A stretch of 64,000 nt of DNA from Vulcanimicrobiota bacterium (GTDB lineage: Bacteria; Vulcanimicrobiota; Xenobia; Xenobiales; JADMJV01). Made by a program: the position numbers and the translations under genes. Shown piece by piece: positions 30,066 to 39,796 of this stretch. The stretch spans positions 2,532,891-2,596,890 of the forward strand of contig JBFWNU010000001.1 of the NCBI GenBank assembly GCA_050250895.1, written 5' to 3'. How positions within the stretch are numbered: the first letter of the stretch is position 1; each line of letters begins with the position of its first letter. The notes beneath the pieces are model-generated. The model saw only the letters and a program-made list of their open reading frames with translations, did not search any database and was not told the DNA's origin.

Positions 30066-32480
30066 GTGGTGAATCAGCCTAACTCCATTGCGGCGGGAAC
30101 GTTGCGCTATCAGGCTCGTCTCGGTCTCGAGGCTGCCGATAAGCGCTATTGGCGCTTCTGGAAGGCCAACGAGCTGCGGACCGAAGCGGTCGAGCAGGTC
30201 GTCGACCGCCTGGAGAGTTGCGCCCAGGCGAACCAGGATGACGACGCTTTGCGGGTGCTGGCCTGGGCTCGCCAGAGCGGCAGCCTGCCGGCCTATCGCA
30301 AGACCCTCTCGGCTCTGGCGACCGGAGCCGCGGCCGGGGTCGAGCAGCAGGCCGGACTGGCGCTGGCCCTGGCCGCAGGAGACGAAGAAAGGGCCGGGGA
30401 CTATCTCCGTTCACTGGGCCAGCAGCAAGAGTTACCGCGGGCCAGCCAGCACCTGGAACTCTTGCATCGACCGCCGGTCGATGATCGAGAGCTGGCCCAA
30501 CGCTGGCTCGGCTACAACGGCGACCCGCTGCTTGGCCTGAGCCACCTGCAGAGACCTTGCGAGCTGCCGGATGCCTTGAGTGGTGGGGCCGCGGCCCAGC
30601 TGGCCGGCGACCTGATGACCGGGGTGGCCCAGGGCCGTCAGGAGACGCCGCTCGAGCAATCGGTACGCTGGGTTCGCAATCTCGACCTTCCCAGGGGTGA
30701 TGCCATCAAGGTGGCCCGGGATGCGCTTTCCCACACCGGCGCCTGGAAAGACTGGCACCAGAATCTAGAGGCCCGACTCGGTCCGCTTTTCGACCGGCTA
30801 CGCCTGGCTCGTGAAGTGATCGGGTCGGCCGCGCTGGGGCTGGTGCCAGACAGGGATGAGAAGGCGCGGGTGGCGGCCCGGCTGATGCGTCTGGCCGACG
30901 AGCCCGATGTCAGAGTCCTGGGGCAAGCGATGCTGGATCCGGCCGACGGCTGGACTCGCTTCACGGCTTCGGCCACGGCCACGGTGGCCAACGGCAGGAT
31001 ACTGGCCGACGCCATTGGCGCCGGACTAGACCTGTCTGAGCCGAGCGAGCGAATTCGGGCTACAGGGCTTTCTCTAGCCCGGTCGGTCGACTCGCTGGAA
31101 GAGCGAACCCACCTGGCTGCGGGCACTCTCGACGTGCTCAAGGGGCTGGCCGAAGAACAGGTGGCCGGCACGCTCGACCGCTTTCAGCAGCAGATCCTGG
31201 CCATCCAAGACCCGGCCTGGCGAGCGGACCTGCTGTGCGAACTGGCCTCGAGCCGAGTCGAGCCGGGCCCTTTGGGGGCGCTGCGTCTGGCCAGCGGGCT
31301 TTTCTATCAGGGGGCCGGGGTGGTGGCTACCCACGACCGGGAGAGTCTGGTCAAAGCGGGTCTCGAGCGCGCGCTCGAGCTTGACGGCGGACACATTCTG
31401 GCGCCCGCCCTGCGGGAGGCGCTGGCCCATGAACGGCCCTCGCAAAGGCTGGCCCCGATCCTGGCCCTGACCGAGTCGTCGGTATACCAGGTCAGCCAGG
31501 GGGCCGAACAAGGTGACCTCAAGGTCGAGGACGCCTGGGTCGATATCAACGGGATCGAGGTGGCCATCGCCGACAGCGAGCCCAGCCAGGCCGCTCCTGC
31601 GGCCGGCCAGATGCCGGTGCGCACGTCACGCCAGGTTGCCTTCGAGATTCCGCCTCTGGCCGCGGGCTCTCGCACCCGGCTAGACCACAGCAGCCTCAGT
31701 CAACAGCGCCTGGAGGCTGCCCTGGCCAGGGCCTCCCAGCTCGACGCCAACTATAGCAGCAAGACTTCAGCCGTCTTCACAGCGGCCGCCCTGACCAACC
31801 CTGAGCGCATCGATGAGGCCGCCGCCCTGGGAGAACGACTGGACGCCAATTACAGCACCAAAAGCCGCTCCGTTTTCACCCTGGCCGCGGCCGTGAATCC
31901 GGACTTCGCCGATCAGGCCGGCAGTCTGGGGGAAGAGTTCGACGGCGACTACAGCACCAAGACTCGCGCCTACTTCACTCTGGCAGCGGCCCTGGCGGGT
32001 AGCCCCGACAAGGCCCGCCAGGCGGCCAACCTGGCCGAAGAGTTTGACGGTGACTATAGCACCAAAACCCGTTGCCTGTTGGCGGTGGCCGCCGCGATCG
32101 CCGGCAGTCGCGAGGCTTTCTTGCAGGCCTGGCAGGCGGCCGGGACAGCCGACGCGGGCAACAGTCACAAGACCCGCTCGGTTTTCGCGGTGGCGGCCGC
32201 CATCGCCGGCTCCGACAGCGGTCGGATCTTTGAACTCGCTCAGGAGCTCGATGGCAACAACTCGACGCGCACGCGGGCCATGGCCGCCGTGGCGGCGGCT
32301 ATCGCGGGCACTCCCGAGCGAGCCCGCCAGGCCCACGAACTCTCTTCCACCTGGGGCGAAAGCAGCTGGGGCCGGGCCCGGGCTCTGCAGATGATGGCCT
32401 GTGCCGGGGCTCTCAACCCGGCCCGCGCCGGCTATGCCATGCCCATCCAGTGGGACTTCCTCTGGCCTCCTGACGATTGA
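30066..32480 (+). CDS. Large helical hypothetical protein with C-terminal tandem repeats
   Basis: Likely GTG start just after csaA; six ~32-35-aa units carrying D(A/G)xxS(T/S/H)(K/R)(T/S). Confidence 0.7.
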   Translation: MVNQPNSIAAGTLRYQARLGLEAADKRYWRFWKANELRTEAVEQVVDRLESCAQANQDDDALRVLAWARQSGSLPAYRKTLSALATGAAAGVEQQAGLALALAAGDEERAGDYLRSLGQQQELPRASQHLELLHRPPVDDRELAQRWLGYNGDPLLGLSHLQRPCELPDALSGGAAAQLAGDLMTGVAQGRQETPLEQSVRWVRNLDLPRGDAIKVARDALSHTGAWKDWHQNLEARLGPLFDRLRLAREVIGSAALGLVPDRDEKARVAARLMRLADEPDVRVLGQAMLDPADGWTRFTASATATVANGRILADAIGAGLDLSEPSERIRATGLSLARSVDSLEERTHLAAGTLDVLKGLAEEQVAGTLDRFQQQILAIQDPAWRADLLCELASSRVEPGPLGALRLASGLFYQGAGVVATHDRESLVKAGLERALELDGGHILAPALREALAHERPSQRLAPILALTESSVYQVSQGAEQGDLKVEDAWVDINGIEVAIADSEPSQAAPAAGQMPVRTSRQVAFEIPPLAAGSRTRLDHSSLSQQRLEAALARASQLDANYSSKTSAVFTAAALTNPERIDEAAALGERLDANYSTKSRSVFTLAAAVNPDFADQAGSLGEEFDGDYSTKTRAYFTLAAALAGSPDKARQAANLAEEFDGDYSTKTRCLLAVAAAIAGSREAFLQAWQAAGTADAGNSHKTRSVFAVAAAIAGSDSGRIFELAQELDGNNSTRTRAMAAVAAAIAGTPERARQAHELSSTWGESSWGRARALQMMACAGALNPARAGYAMPIQWDFLWPPDD

Positions 32481-32627
32481 AACGGTGGGTTCCAACGGGG
32501 CACGCCCAGGGATCAAAGACGTACCACCGGCAAGGTGGGATGCCACGGGTTCGCCGGCTCAAAGCGGTCCGGACTGTCGGGCGCGCCGATCTCTACCGGG
32601 TGGCGGGGAAATCTAGCCCCACGGCCC

Positions 32628-35459
32628 TTAGTCGAGGAGCTGACTCAGGCGCGTGAGGGCTTCTTTTTCGGAGGTCTTGTTGGCCACCAACTCCAGCAAC
32701 TGCGGCTGGATTTTCTCGGCCCCCGGCAAGGCGAACCCATCCAGCCAGACCCTGGCCTGACGCGAATTGAGCTTACCCTCTTTCATGGCCTGCTCGAGGG
32801 CCTTCAGGTCTTGCACCAACTCGACCTGAGGCTGGCGCTCGAGGCGGGCGTCGATGGCCTTCAGGGTGGCGCTGCGTAAGTTGTTCTGGTTGAGAAAACC
32901 GTCTTTGACAAAGACTTCTTGATAGAGCTTGATGCGTTCGTCGAGCTCGCTGTGTCCCCGGGCTACCCAGTTCACCGCGCCACGCGCCTCCGAGCGAATC
33001 ACGCCTCGGCCCGGCAGGTCCGCCAGAAAGCTCCGGAGCGAAGGGCTGCCGAGCGCGAACTGATGGTAGAGGCGGAAGCTCTCCTGCAGGTCATAACGGC
33101 GACCGTAGCCGGCCTCTTCGTGGGCCTTCAACAGGCTCTGCATGCGACGGTCGGCTTCACTCGCATCGACGCCGGCGGCCCGTTCCTGACGGTAGGCTTC
33201 GAACACGTGGGCCCGCAGCCCATCCTGGTTGAATTTTGGGTTGCCCAAAATGAGCTGGCGATAGTCTTGCAGATTGTCGACGCTCAGTTGCGCGGTCGCT
33301 TCGATCGCCTCTTGACGCCGCACTCCGGCCTCGCGCAGCTCGGACAGAAAGTCTCTCACCGGCTGCAGCTCTTCACCGCCGCCCAGATACCGCTGGTAGG
33401 CCTGTAAAGCCGCGCGAAGATCGTAGGCGTTCTTCCATTGGCCCGGCTGGGCTAGCCGATCGAGCCGGGCGAGCGTGGTCTCGAGATCGTTGCCGGCCCG
33501 GACCTCTGTCCAGGCGCACTCGAGCAACTCAGCCCGAACGTAGTCGTGGTGGTAGAGTTCTTGGGGATTGGCGAACAGCTGCCGGGCGGCCGTTACCTTC
33601 TGGTCGAGGGTCAGGCTGGCTACCGGCTCGAGGCACAGACTCATCACTCTGGTCCGAACGGTCGGGCCCACTCCTTCGCGAATCATCTGGTCGAACAGGT
33701 CGCGGGCCGGCTCGAGCGCCTCACTACCCGCCAGATAGCGAGTAAAGCTCGCGAAGGCTTCACTCACATCGCTGCGGTAGCAGGTCGAGCGCGATCCAAA
33801 GGCCTGGGCCAGCCGGTCGATTCGGGACCGGGCCGTGGCCTCGTCACTGCCCGCCCCGCGCTGGGCCAGATAGGCGTCGAAGACCCGGCTGCGGACGCCC
33901 GCCTGGTTGAGGAGCTTGTGCTCGAGCAGGACCGTCTGGTAGAAATCCCACTGCTGCGAGTCGACCTCATGGACCTGTTCCAGGGCGGTGGAGAACTCGG
34001 CGCCACCGATACCCTTCTTCAGCAAATACGCGCCTCGCTGGCGAGCGGTGGCGGCCGCGGGTCCGGCGGCGAAATGGCTGTAGCTTTCGAGCACCGAGGC
34101 GATCTCGCTGCGATAACTGAGCCCGGCCTGGTTGACCTGAACCGCCAGCTCGGCCAGGCGCCCGTAAGCCTCTCGCGGGGTTGACCCGGCCTCGACTTCG
34201 GCTCGGAAGGCTTCGAAGGTGGTGGTCTGTTGATAGCTCTCGTGGAAGGGTGCGTACTTTTTCTGGCCCAGCTCTCGGAAGGCTTCCACTCGCTCGGGTA
34301 ACGATAGCGATCCGCAGGGCGCCAGCACCTGCTCGGCGGCCCGACGGGCCAGGTCACCACTCTTGTGCTGACCCAGGCTATCGCAGAACAGGTCGGGCAC
34401 GCAATCAGGCTGACCGGCTACCACCTGGCTGTAAGCCTGGCCAGCCGAGCGAATCTGGCTGGTGTAGCCCAGACGCTCGAGCGGCTGGCGCAGCTCTAGC
34501 AGTTGGGCGCAGGCCACTACCGGTGAGGCTCCCTTGAGCAGGGCCTGGTCGAAGGCCTGGCCCAGCTCGTCGGCCTGCTTGCCCTGGGCCACCAAATCGC
34601 GCAGCGAGCCGGCATGACTGGTCAGGCCCTGGGCCGATTGAGCCAGCTTGAGCAACCATTCTTCCTCGAGCGGGCCGAGCACTTTGAGGTAGCGATCCGA
34701 AAGCCCGCTGGCGGCCAGGCTGGCGCGGGCTTGCACGACGCTGGGCGAGCCGTCCAGCAGTTGCAGTTCATGCAGGCGGGCGGCCTGGTCCCCGGCCGCT
34801 TCCAGCCGGGCTTGCGCTTGAGCCGGAGGTGCTCCCTGGGCCAACAGGTTCTGGGCGATTCGCGTGGCGCGACTGGGAGGCGCCTTGGCCAGCAGGGCCT
34901 CGGCCTGGGGCAGGTTGGCCGACTGCCAATGGTCACCGTCCATCACCAGCCAGGCAGAGGCCGGCTCGAGATAAGCTTGATAGAGCGAGAGTTGTCGGCC
35001 CTGCTGGTCGAGGGCCAGGCGGGCCTGGGCCACGCGCTCGACCCCCTCGGGCGCCGGCCGGTGGCTCAGCCCGAATTCGAGCCGTTCGAAGGCAGCCAGT
35101 TCGTCGAGACTGCGTAACGGCAGGGGCTGGCCCCAGCTTTGCACGCGCAGGCTCTCATCGCCCTTTTCCAGGCGGGCAGCCGCCTCTTCGGCCGAGAGTT
35201 TGCGGTGGGCGCTCGTCCAGGGGAAGTGCCAGCTTTTCTTGACCAGAAAATCGCACGGCAGAGCGGCTAGTTCCTGGGCTAATCCAGCCCCTGCCGCACC
35301 CAGGGGAAAGCCGTCAAGGGCCCGCTCGGGCGCCACTGCGGGGCTGCTCGCTCGGGGGCTTAGCTCGACCTGATCCCCGCCTGGCTCGGCCGGGCTCGAC
35401 GAAGCCCGGGCCACCACCCGACCTGGTCTATGCAGGGGCAGACTGCCACCAATAATCAC
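32628..35459 (-). CDS. Large helical-repeat hypothetical protein
   Basis: 943-aa ORF; recurring LNQAGVRSRVFDAY / FNQDGLRAHVFEAY / LNQNNLRSATLKAI units. Confidence 0.75.
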   Translation of the reverse strand: MIIGGSLPLHRPGRVVARASSSPAEPGGDQVELSPRASSPAVAPERALDGFPLGAAGAGLAQELAALPCDFLVKKSWHFPWTSAHRKLSAEEAAARLEKGDESLRVQSWGQPLPLRSLDELAAFERLEFGLSHRPAPEGVERVAQARLALDQQGRQLSLYQAYLEPASAWLVMDGDHWQSANLPQAEALLAKAPPSRATRIAQNLLAQGAPPAQAQARLEAAGDQAARLHELQLLDGSPSVVQARASLAASGLSDRYLKVLGPLEEEWLLKLAQSAQGLTSHAGSLRDLVAQGKQADELGQAFDQALLKGASPVVACAQLLELRQPLERLGYTSQIRSAGQAYSQVVAGQPDCVPDLFCDSLGQHKSGDLARRAAEQVLAPCGSLSLPERVEAFRELGQKKYAPFHESYQQTTTFEAFRAEVEAGSTPREAYGRLAELAVQVNQAGLSYRSEIASVLESYSHFAAGPAAATARQRGAYLLKKGIGGAEFSTALEQVHEVDSQQWDFYQTVLLEHKLLNQAGVRSRVFDAYLAQRGAGSDEATARSRIDRLAQAFGSRSTCYRSDVSEAFASFTRYLAGSEALEPARDLFDQMIREGVGPTVRTRVMSLCLEPVASLTLDQKVTAARQLFANPQELYHHDYVRAELLECAWTEVRAGNDLETTLARLDRLAQPGQWKNAYDLRAALQAYQRYLGGGEELQPVRDFLSELREAGVRRQEAIEATAQLSVDNLQDYRQLILGNPKFNQDGLRAHVFEAYRQERAAGVDASEADRRMQSLLKAHEEAGYGRRYDLQESFRLYHQFALGSPSLRSFLADLPGRGVIRSEARGAVNWVARGHSELDERIKLYQEVFVKDGFLNQNNLRSATLKAIDARLERQPQVELVQDLKALEQAMKEGKLNSRQARVWLDGFALPGAEKIQPQLLELVANKTSEKEALTRLSQLLD

Positions 35460-35493
35460 CCTCCCATTCTAGGGCCGGGAACTGAAAACGGAC

Positions 35494-36927
35494 CTAAAAG
35501 CAGGGCAGGCGAAGTTCGACCACCACGCCGTCGCGGTCCTCGCGATTGCGGATGTGGCACTCGCCGCCCACCTCGAGCACCATGGAAGAGACCACCGACA
35601 GCCCCAGACCCATGCCCGGCACCTGGCCGGTGAAGTGGCGTTCGCCCTGGTAATAGGGCTGAAAGGCCTGGCGCAGTTGCTCGGGCGAGAGGGTCACCCC
35701 GTCGTCGCGCACGGCGATGTCGACGGTAGAGTTCTTGCGCTGGGCCGTCAGCTCGATCGCGGGCGATTTTTCGGGATGGAACTTCTTGCTGTTTTGCATC
35801 AGTTCGAGCAGGGTCAGCTCGAGGGCTCGATCCGACAGATTGATGGCTCCCTTGAGAGGGGTCTCCAGGCAGCAACGTACGGGCTTGAGCTCAAGCTGGG
35901 CCGCCAGTTCTTGAGCCACCGACTCGAGGCGAACCAGCTCGAAACCTTCGCCGTCGGGCACGGCCGTGGGCGCCTGCAGATACGCCAGCACGTCGTCGAG
36001 TTCGCCTTTGAGCTCGTTGACCCCGTCCAGGGACATCTTGGCGAACTCGGCGATCTTGTCGGGGGTGAGCTTGTCGCCTCGATCGACGATGAAGGAGAGT
36101 CCCCAGATCATCTTGGTCAGAGGAGTGCGCAGTTTGTGGGCGATGAGGGCGTTGAAGCTCCAGACGCTGCGTTGGGAAGTCATCTGGGCGGTGACGTCGC
36201 GCAGTTGCAGCAGGCGCTCGGTGCGGCCGCGCACCGAGTGGACCATGTTCTTGACCTCGATGAAGGCGGCTCCGGCCATGCTCGACTCGGGGCGCACCAG
36301 CTGAAACACCTTCTCGGGCTTGAGGTTGGGCCAATCCGCCAGGGCGTCGTCGGGTGAGGGCGAGAACTGGCGCTGCAGATGGGGCAGCAGCTGGTGGCCT
36401 TCACTACCGGTGGGGAGCGAGAGGATGGTCCTGGATTTGGCGTTGGAGTAAAGGATGACTCCCTGGTCGTTGACCAGCACATAGCCTTCTTCGGCGTTAT
36501 CTACGACCCAGCTAAAACGGGCCCGCTCGTCGCGAATGCGGGCGTAGCGGTTGAGACGCGTGACGCTGGCAATTTGAGCCCGAAACTCGCTGGGCTTGAA
36601 GGGCTTCGAGATAAAGTCGTCGGCCCCGGCCAAGAGCCCGGCCACCCGCGATTCTTCGTCTTCGAGGGCCGTCACCATGATGACCGGCACCTCGGCCAGC
36701 ACTTCGTTCTCGCGCAGTTCACGACAGACCTGATTGCCGTCCTTGCCGGGCATGACCACGTCGAGCAAGATGAGATCAGGGGTCAACTCGAGGGCCTTGG
36801 CCAGCGCCTCGTCGCCGTCGCCCGCAAACTCGAGCCGGTACGGCTCGTTCTTGAGCAGGCTCTTCATCAAGAGACGTTCAGCCCGGTCGTCGTCGACGAT
36901 GAGGATCAACGGTTGCTCGAAAGTCAC
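35494..36927 (-). CDS. Receiver-PAS-histidine kinase
   Basis: ILIVDD, DVVMP and KP receiver; AHKLRTPL H-box; DDGV and GMGLGL. Confidence 0.92.
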   Translation of the reverse strand: MTFEQPLILIVDDDRAERLLMKSLLKNEPYRLEFAGDGDEALAKALELTPDLILLDVVMPGKDGNQVCRELRENEVLAEVPVIMVTALEDEESRVAGLLAGADDFISKPFKPSEFRAQIASVTRLNRYARIRDERARFSWVVDNAEEGYVLVNDQGVILYSNAKSRTILSLPTGSEGHQLLPHLQRQFSPSPDDALADWPNLKPEKVFQLVRPESSMAGAAFIEVKNMVHSVRGRTERLLQLRDVTAQMTSQRSVWSFNALIAHKLRTPLTKMIWGLSFIVDRGDKLTPDKIAEFAKMSLDGVNELKGELDDVLAYLQAPTAVPDGEGFELVRLESVAQELAAQLELKPVRCCLETPLKGAINLSDRALELTLLELMQNSKKFHPEKSPAIELTAQRKNSTVDIAVRDDGVTLSPEQLRQAFQPYYQGERHFTGQVPGMGLGLSVVSSMVLEVGGECHIRNREDRDGVVVELRLPCF

Positions 36928-36996
36928 GCTTTACTGTCCTTTGCGTCGGTTCACTGCAGAAGGATTTGCGTTGGTCGGTTCGAGAAACGGACCACA

Positions 36997-38190
36997 ATGT
37001 CCAACGTCCCCTTCCTCCGGCAACTTCGCCTGCGAAATTTCTTGTCCTATCAGGACGAGCAGATTGAGTGTCGCGGTCTCAATGTCCTGATTGGAGCCAA
37101 CGGGTCAGGAAAGTCTAATTTACTGGAATGCCTGCGAATTCTGCAAGCCACGCCGGATGATTTGGCTGCCGTGATTCGGGAAGGTGGGGGAGTGGATGAC
37201 TGGATATCCCGCGCTCCGGGCGGACCGGGTGCGGCTTCAATCGAGGCGATTCTATCAGCCGACCACACCAGGGAAGAGTTTCGCCAGCGCTACCAGTTGG
37301 ACTTCACATCGGTGAGGGGGCGCCTGGAACTGACGGATGAGACCCTGGAGAACGAGCAGGCCTTACCAGGGCACGAGAGACCCTACTTTTTCTATCGTTA
37401 CCAGGGGGGAGACCCCGTGCTGAATGTCCGGGTGGCGAACGCCGAAGTGGTGCCACGCCGTTTGAAGCGCCAAAGCCTCAAGCCGGACCAGTCGATCTTT
37501 GCCCAACGGCGGGACCCCGAGCAGTATCCAGAAGTCAGCCGAATAGCGGAGCTATTCGCCGAGTTTCGCATTTATCGGGAACTAGGCATCGGACCGAGTG
37601 CCGGCTATCGCTATCCTCAAAAACTAGATCTTCCGAGCGACCAGCTGGAGGAGGATGGCTCGAACCTGGTGCTGGTGCTGGGCACTCTCCAGCATTTCGA
37701 TGCCTTCCGACGCATTGAACACGAGTTGAGCCGTTTCTATGAGGGCGCGGAACGTCTTCTGATAACCCCCGAGGCCGGCACTCTCGCTCTTTATCTGAAG
37801 GAAGCACATCTTTCCAGGCCCACGCCCGCGACCAGGCTGTCGGACGGAACCCTGAGGTTCTTATGCCTGCTCACCGTTCTTTGTCATCCCGACCCGCCCC
37901 CGGTGGTCGCGATTGAAGAGCCTGAACTCGGGCTTCATCCAGACGCGGTGCTCCAGATTGCAGATCTCATCGTCGAGGCGAGTCAGAGAACGCAGTTGTT
38001 CATTACGACTCACTCCGAGGCGTTCGTGTCGGCCCTCTCAGAACAGGTGGACGATGTGGTGGTCTGTGAGAAAATCAACGGATTGACTCGCCTCCGGAGG
38101 CTAGAGTCAGAGGCGCTTCGGCTCTGGCTGGAGCGCTACTCGCTTGGTGAGCTTTGGCGGAAGGGAGAACTGGGTGGCAACCCGGTTTAA
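36997..38190 (+). CDS. AAA_21/ABC-type ATPase (AbiEii/AriA-like class)
   Basis: LRNFLSY, GANGSGKS, LSDGT, IEEPELGLHP and ITTHS. Confidence 0.9.
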   Translation: MSNVPFLRQLRLRNFLSYQDEQIECRGLNVLIGANGSGKSNLLECLRILQATPDDLAAVIREGGGVDDWISRAPGGPGAASIEAILSADHTREEFRQRYQLDFTSVRGRLELTDETLENEQALPGHERPYFFYRYQGGDPVLNVRVANAEVVPRRLKRQSLKPDQSIFAQRRDPEQYPEVSRIAELFAEFRIYRELGIGPSAGYRYPQKLDLPSDQLEEDGSNLVLVLGTLQHFDAFRRIEHELSRFYEGAERLLITPEAGTLALYLKEAHLSRPTPATRLSDGTLRFLCLLTVLCHPDPPPVVAIEEPELGLHPDAVLQIADLIVEASQRTQLFITTHSEAFVSALSEQVDDVVVCEKINGLTRLRRLESEALRLWLERYSLGELWRKGELGGNPV

Positions 38191-38806
38191 GGAGATTCGT
38201 CTCTACATCGAAGGCGCTAAGCGGGGAGACTTGAGAGCCCGATTACGCGTCGCGTTTGGTGAATTCCTCAAGCCTCTGAGGTCGAAGGCTCCGCGACGAG
38301 GCCTCCGCTGGAGTGTCGTGATGTCGGGCGGAACCCACGATACGCTAGAAGACTTCGACGTGGCAATGAAGAGCCATCCGCACGCGCTGGTTCTGGTGCT
38401 GGTTGACGCTGAGAAACCCATGGAATATACCGGTGACCGACTCGACGCTGCGGCTAAGCAGCTCATTTCGACTCAGAAAGGCGATTTTTCGTCGGAGCCG
38501 GACGAGAAGCAGATCCATCTTATGGTGCAGCTGATGGAGGCCTGGTTTTTTGCGGACCTGGCCGCCGTGAAGGATTGCTTTCCCGATTTAGTCGAGAGGC
38601 ATTTGAACGTCCCCAACAACGTCGAGACAGTCCCCAAGCAGGATGTGCTTCGCAAACTCAAGGATACCTCCAGAGGGCGGTATAGTAAGTCTGTCCACTC
38701 GCATGTGATTCTCGCCAAGCTCGATCCAGCGCTGGTCTGTAGCCGCGCGCCGTTTTGCCAACGTCTGTTTTCTATCATTGAGCAGGCGATTGATTCCCAG
38801 GGCTAG
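38174..38806 (+). CDS. DUF4276-like TOPRIM-fold partner of the ATPase
   Basis: LYIEG, VLVDAE, MEAWFFAD and YSK..H motifs; overlaps the ATPase 3' end. Confidence 0.8.
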   Translation: MATRFKEIRLYIEGAKRGDLRARLRVAFGEFLKPLRSKAPRRGLRWSVVMSGGTHDTLEDFDVAMKSHPHALVLVLVDAEKPMEYTGDRLDAAAKQLISTQKGDFSSEPDEKQIHLMVQLMEAWFFADLAAVKDCFPDLVERHLNVPNNVETVPKQDVLRKLKDTSRGRYSKSVHSHVILAKLDPALVCSRAPFCQRLFSIIEQAIDSQG

Positions 38807-38851
38807 GCCTGCGACAGCGGTCGTACGTTCGACAGGAGCCTCGCGCCGGGA

Positions 38852-39796
38852 TTGGAATGGAGGCTGGTGCCGACCATCTATGCCGGAGAATGGGCGCCCG
38901 AATACGGGGGGCCGCATCTGACCGAAGCCGACGGCCCTGAAGGCCAGGCCGAGGTGTGGGAGCATTCGCTGGTGACCTCGGTCGATTGCCCACCGCTGGC
39001 TCGGCCGCTGGCTTTTGTCGACGGTATCCGTCGGGTCGAAGCCCAGCTGTTCTACGCCGAGGGCAACGAGGAGCCGGCTCCCGGAGTGGCCGGGGCGCTG
39101 GCGGTGGGGGCGGTCGTGCCCAGTCCGGCCGGACCCCTCGAGGTGGTCGAGGTCGAGGTGCGCCGCCTGGCCATTTTCGGCTCCGGCAAGACGGCCAGCT
39201 TGCCCGCCCAGCCGGGCGGCTGGAGCTGGCAGACCGTCACCCTCGAAGACGGCAGCCTGGACGCGCCCATGCAAGAGTTGCAGCGCCTGATGCGCGAACG
39301 CGAGTGGGCTCTGGCCGAGCGGCTGGCTGCTGCCGGGCAACTGGTCCTTCTGGACGGGCCTTTGCACAGCACTCGTGACCATAAGGCCTCGATTGTGGGC
39401 TACGTCAAAACCCACCATCGGCGTCTGCTCGAGCCGGCTGCCCACGCCAAGGTGGCTCTGCTCGAGCACGGGCAGCGCACCAGCCTGTTCACGGTCAGCG
39501 AGCGACACTCGTGCTATTTCCGACTGGCTGGGCGCACGCCTCGACATCATCCCTGGTTTGGCATCGTGCGCCTCGAAGTGAGTGCGGCCGCCGGCCGCCA
39601 AGCCACCGTCGAGACCATCAACGCGGTCTGTGGCACGCTGCCGCGCTATGCCGGGGTCAGTCACGTCGACCCTCGGGCCCCCCAGAATTTGCAGCCGGTC
39701 GGAGCCCTAGAGCGCGAGTTGCGCCGCCGCTGCGGCGATACGGCTTTAGGCACACGGGCTACCCGCGAGGCGGTGGCTCAGTTAGCGGGAGGATAG
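38852..39796 (+). CDS. nurA: NurA-like nuclease
   Basis: FVDGIRR, LLDGPL, GYVKTH and DPRAPQNL.P...LE motifs; directly upstream of a HerA-like gene. Confidence 0.75.
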   Translation: MEWRLVPTIYAGEWAPEYGGPHLTEADGPEGQAEVWEHSLVTSVDCPPLARPLAFVDGIRRVEAQLFYAEGNEEPAPGVAGALAVGAVVPSPAGPLEVVEVEVRRLAIFGSGKTASLPAQPGGWSWQTVTLEDGSLDAPMQELQRLMREREWALAERLAAAGQLVLLDGPLHSTRDHKASIVGYVKTHHRRLLEPAAHAKVALLEHGQRTSLFTVSERHSCYFRLAGRTPRHHPWFGIVRLEVSAAAGRQATVETINAVCGTLPRYAGVSHVDPRAPQNLQPVGALERELRRRCGDTALGTRATREAVAQLAGG

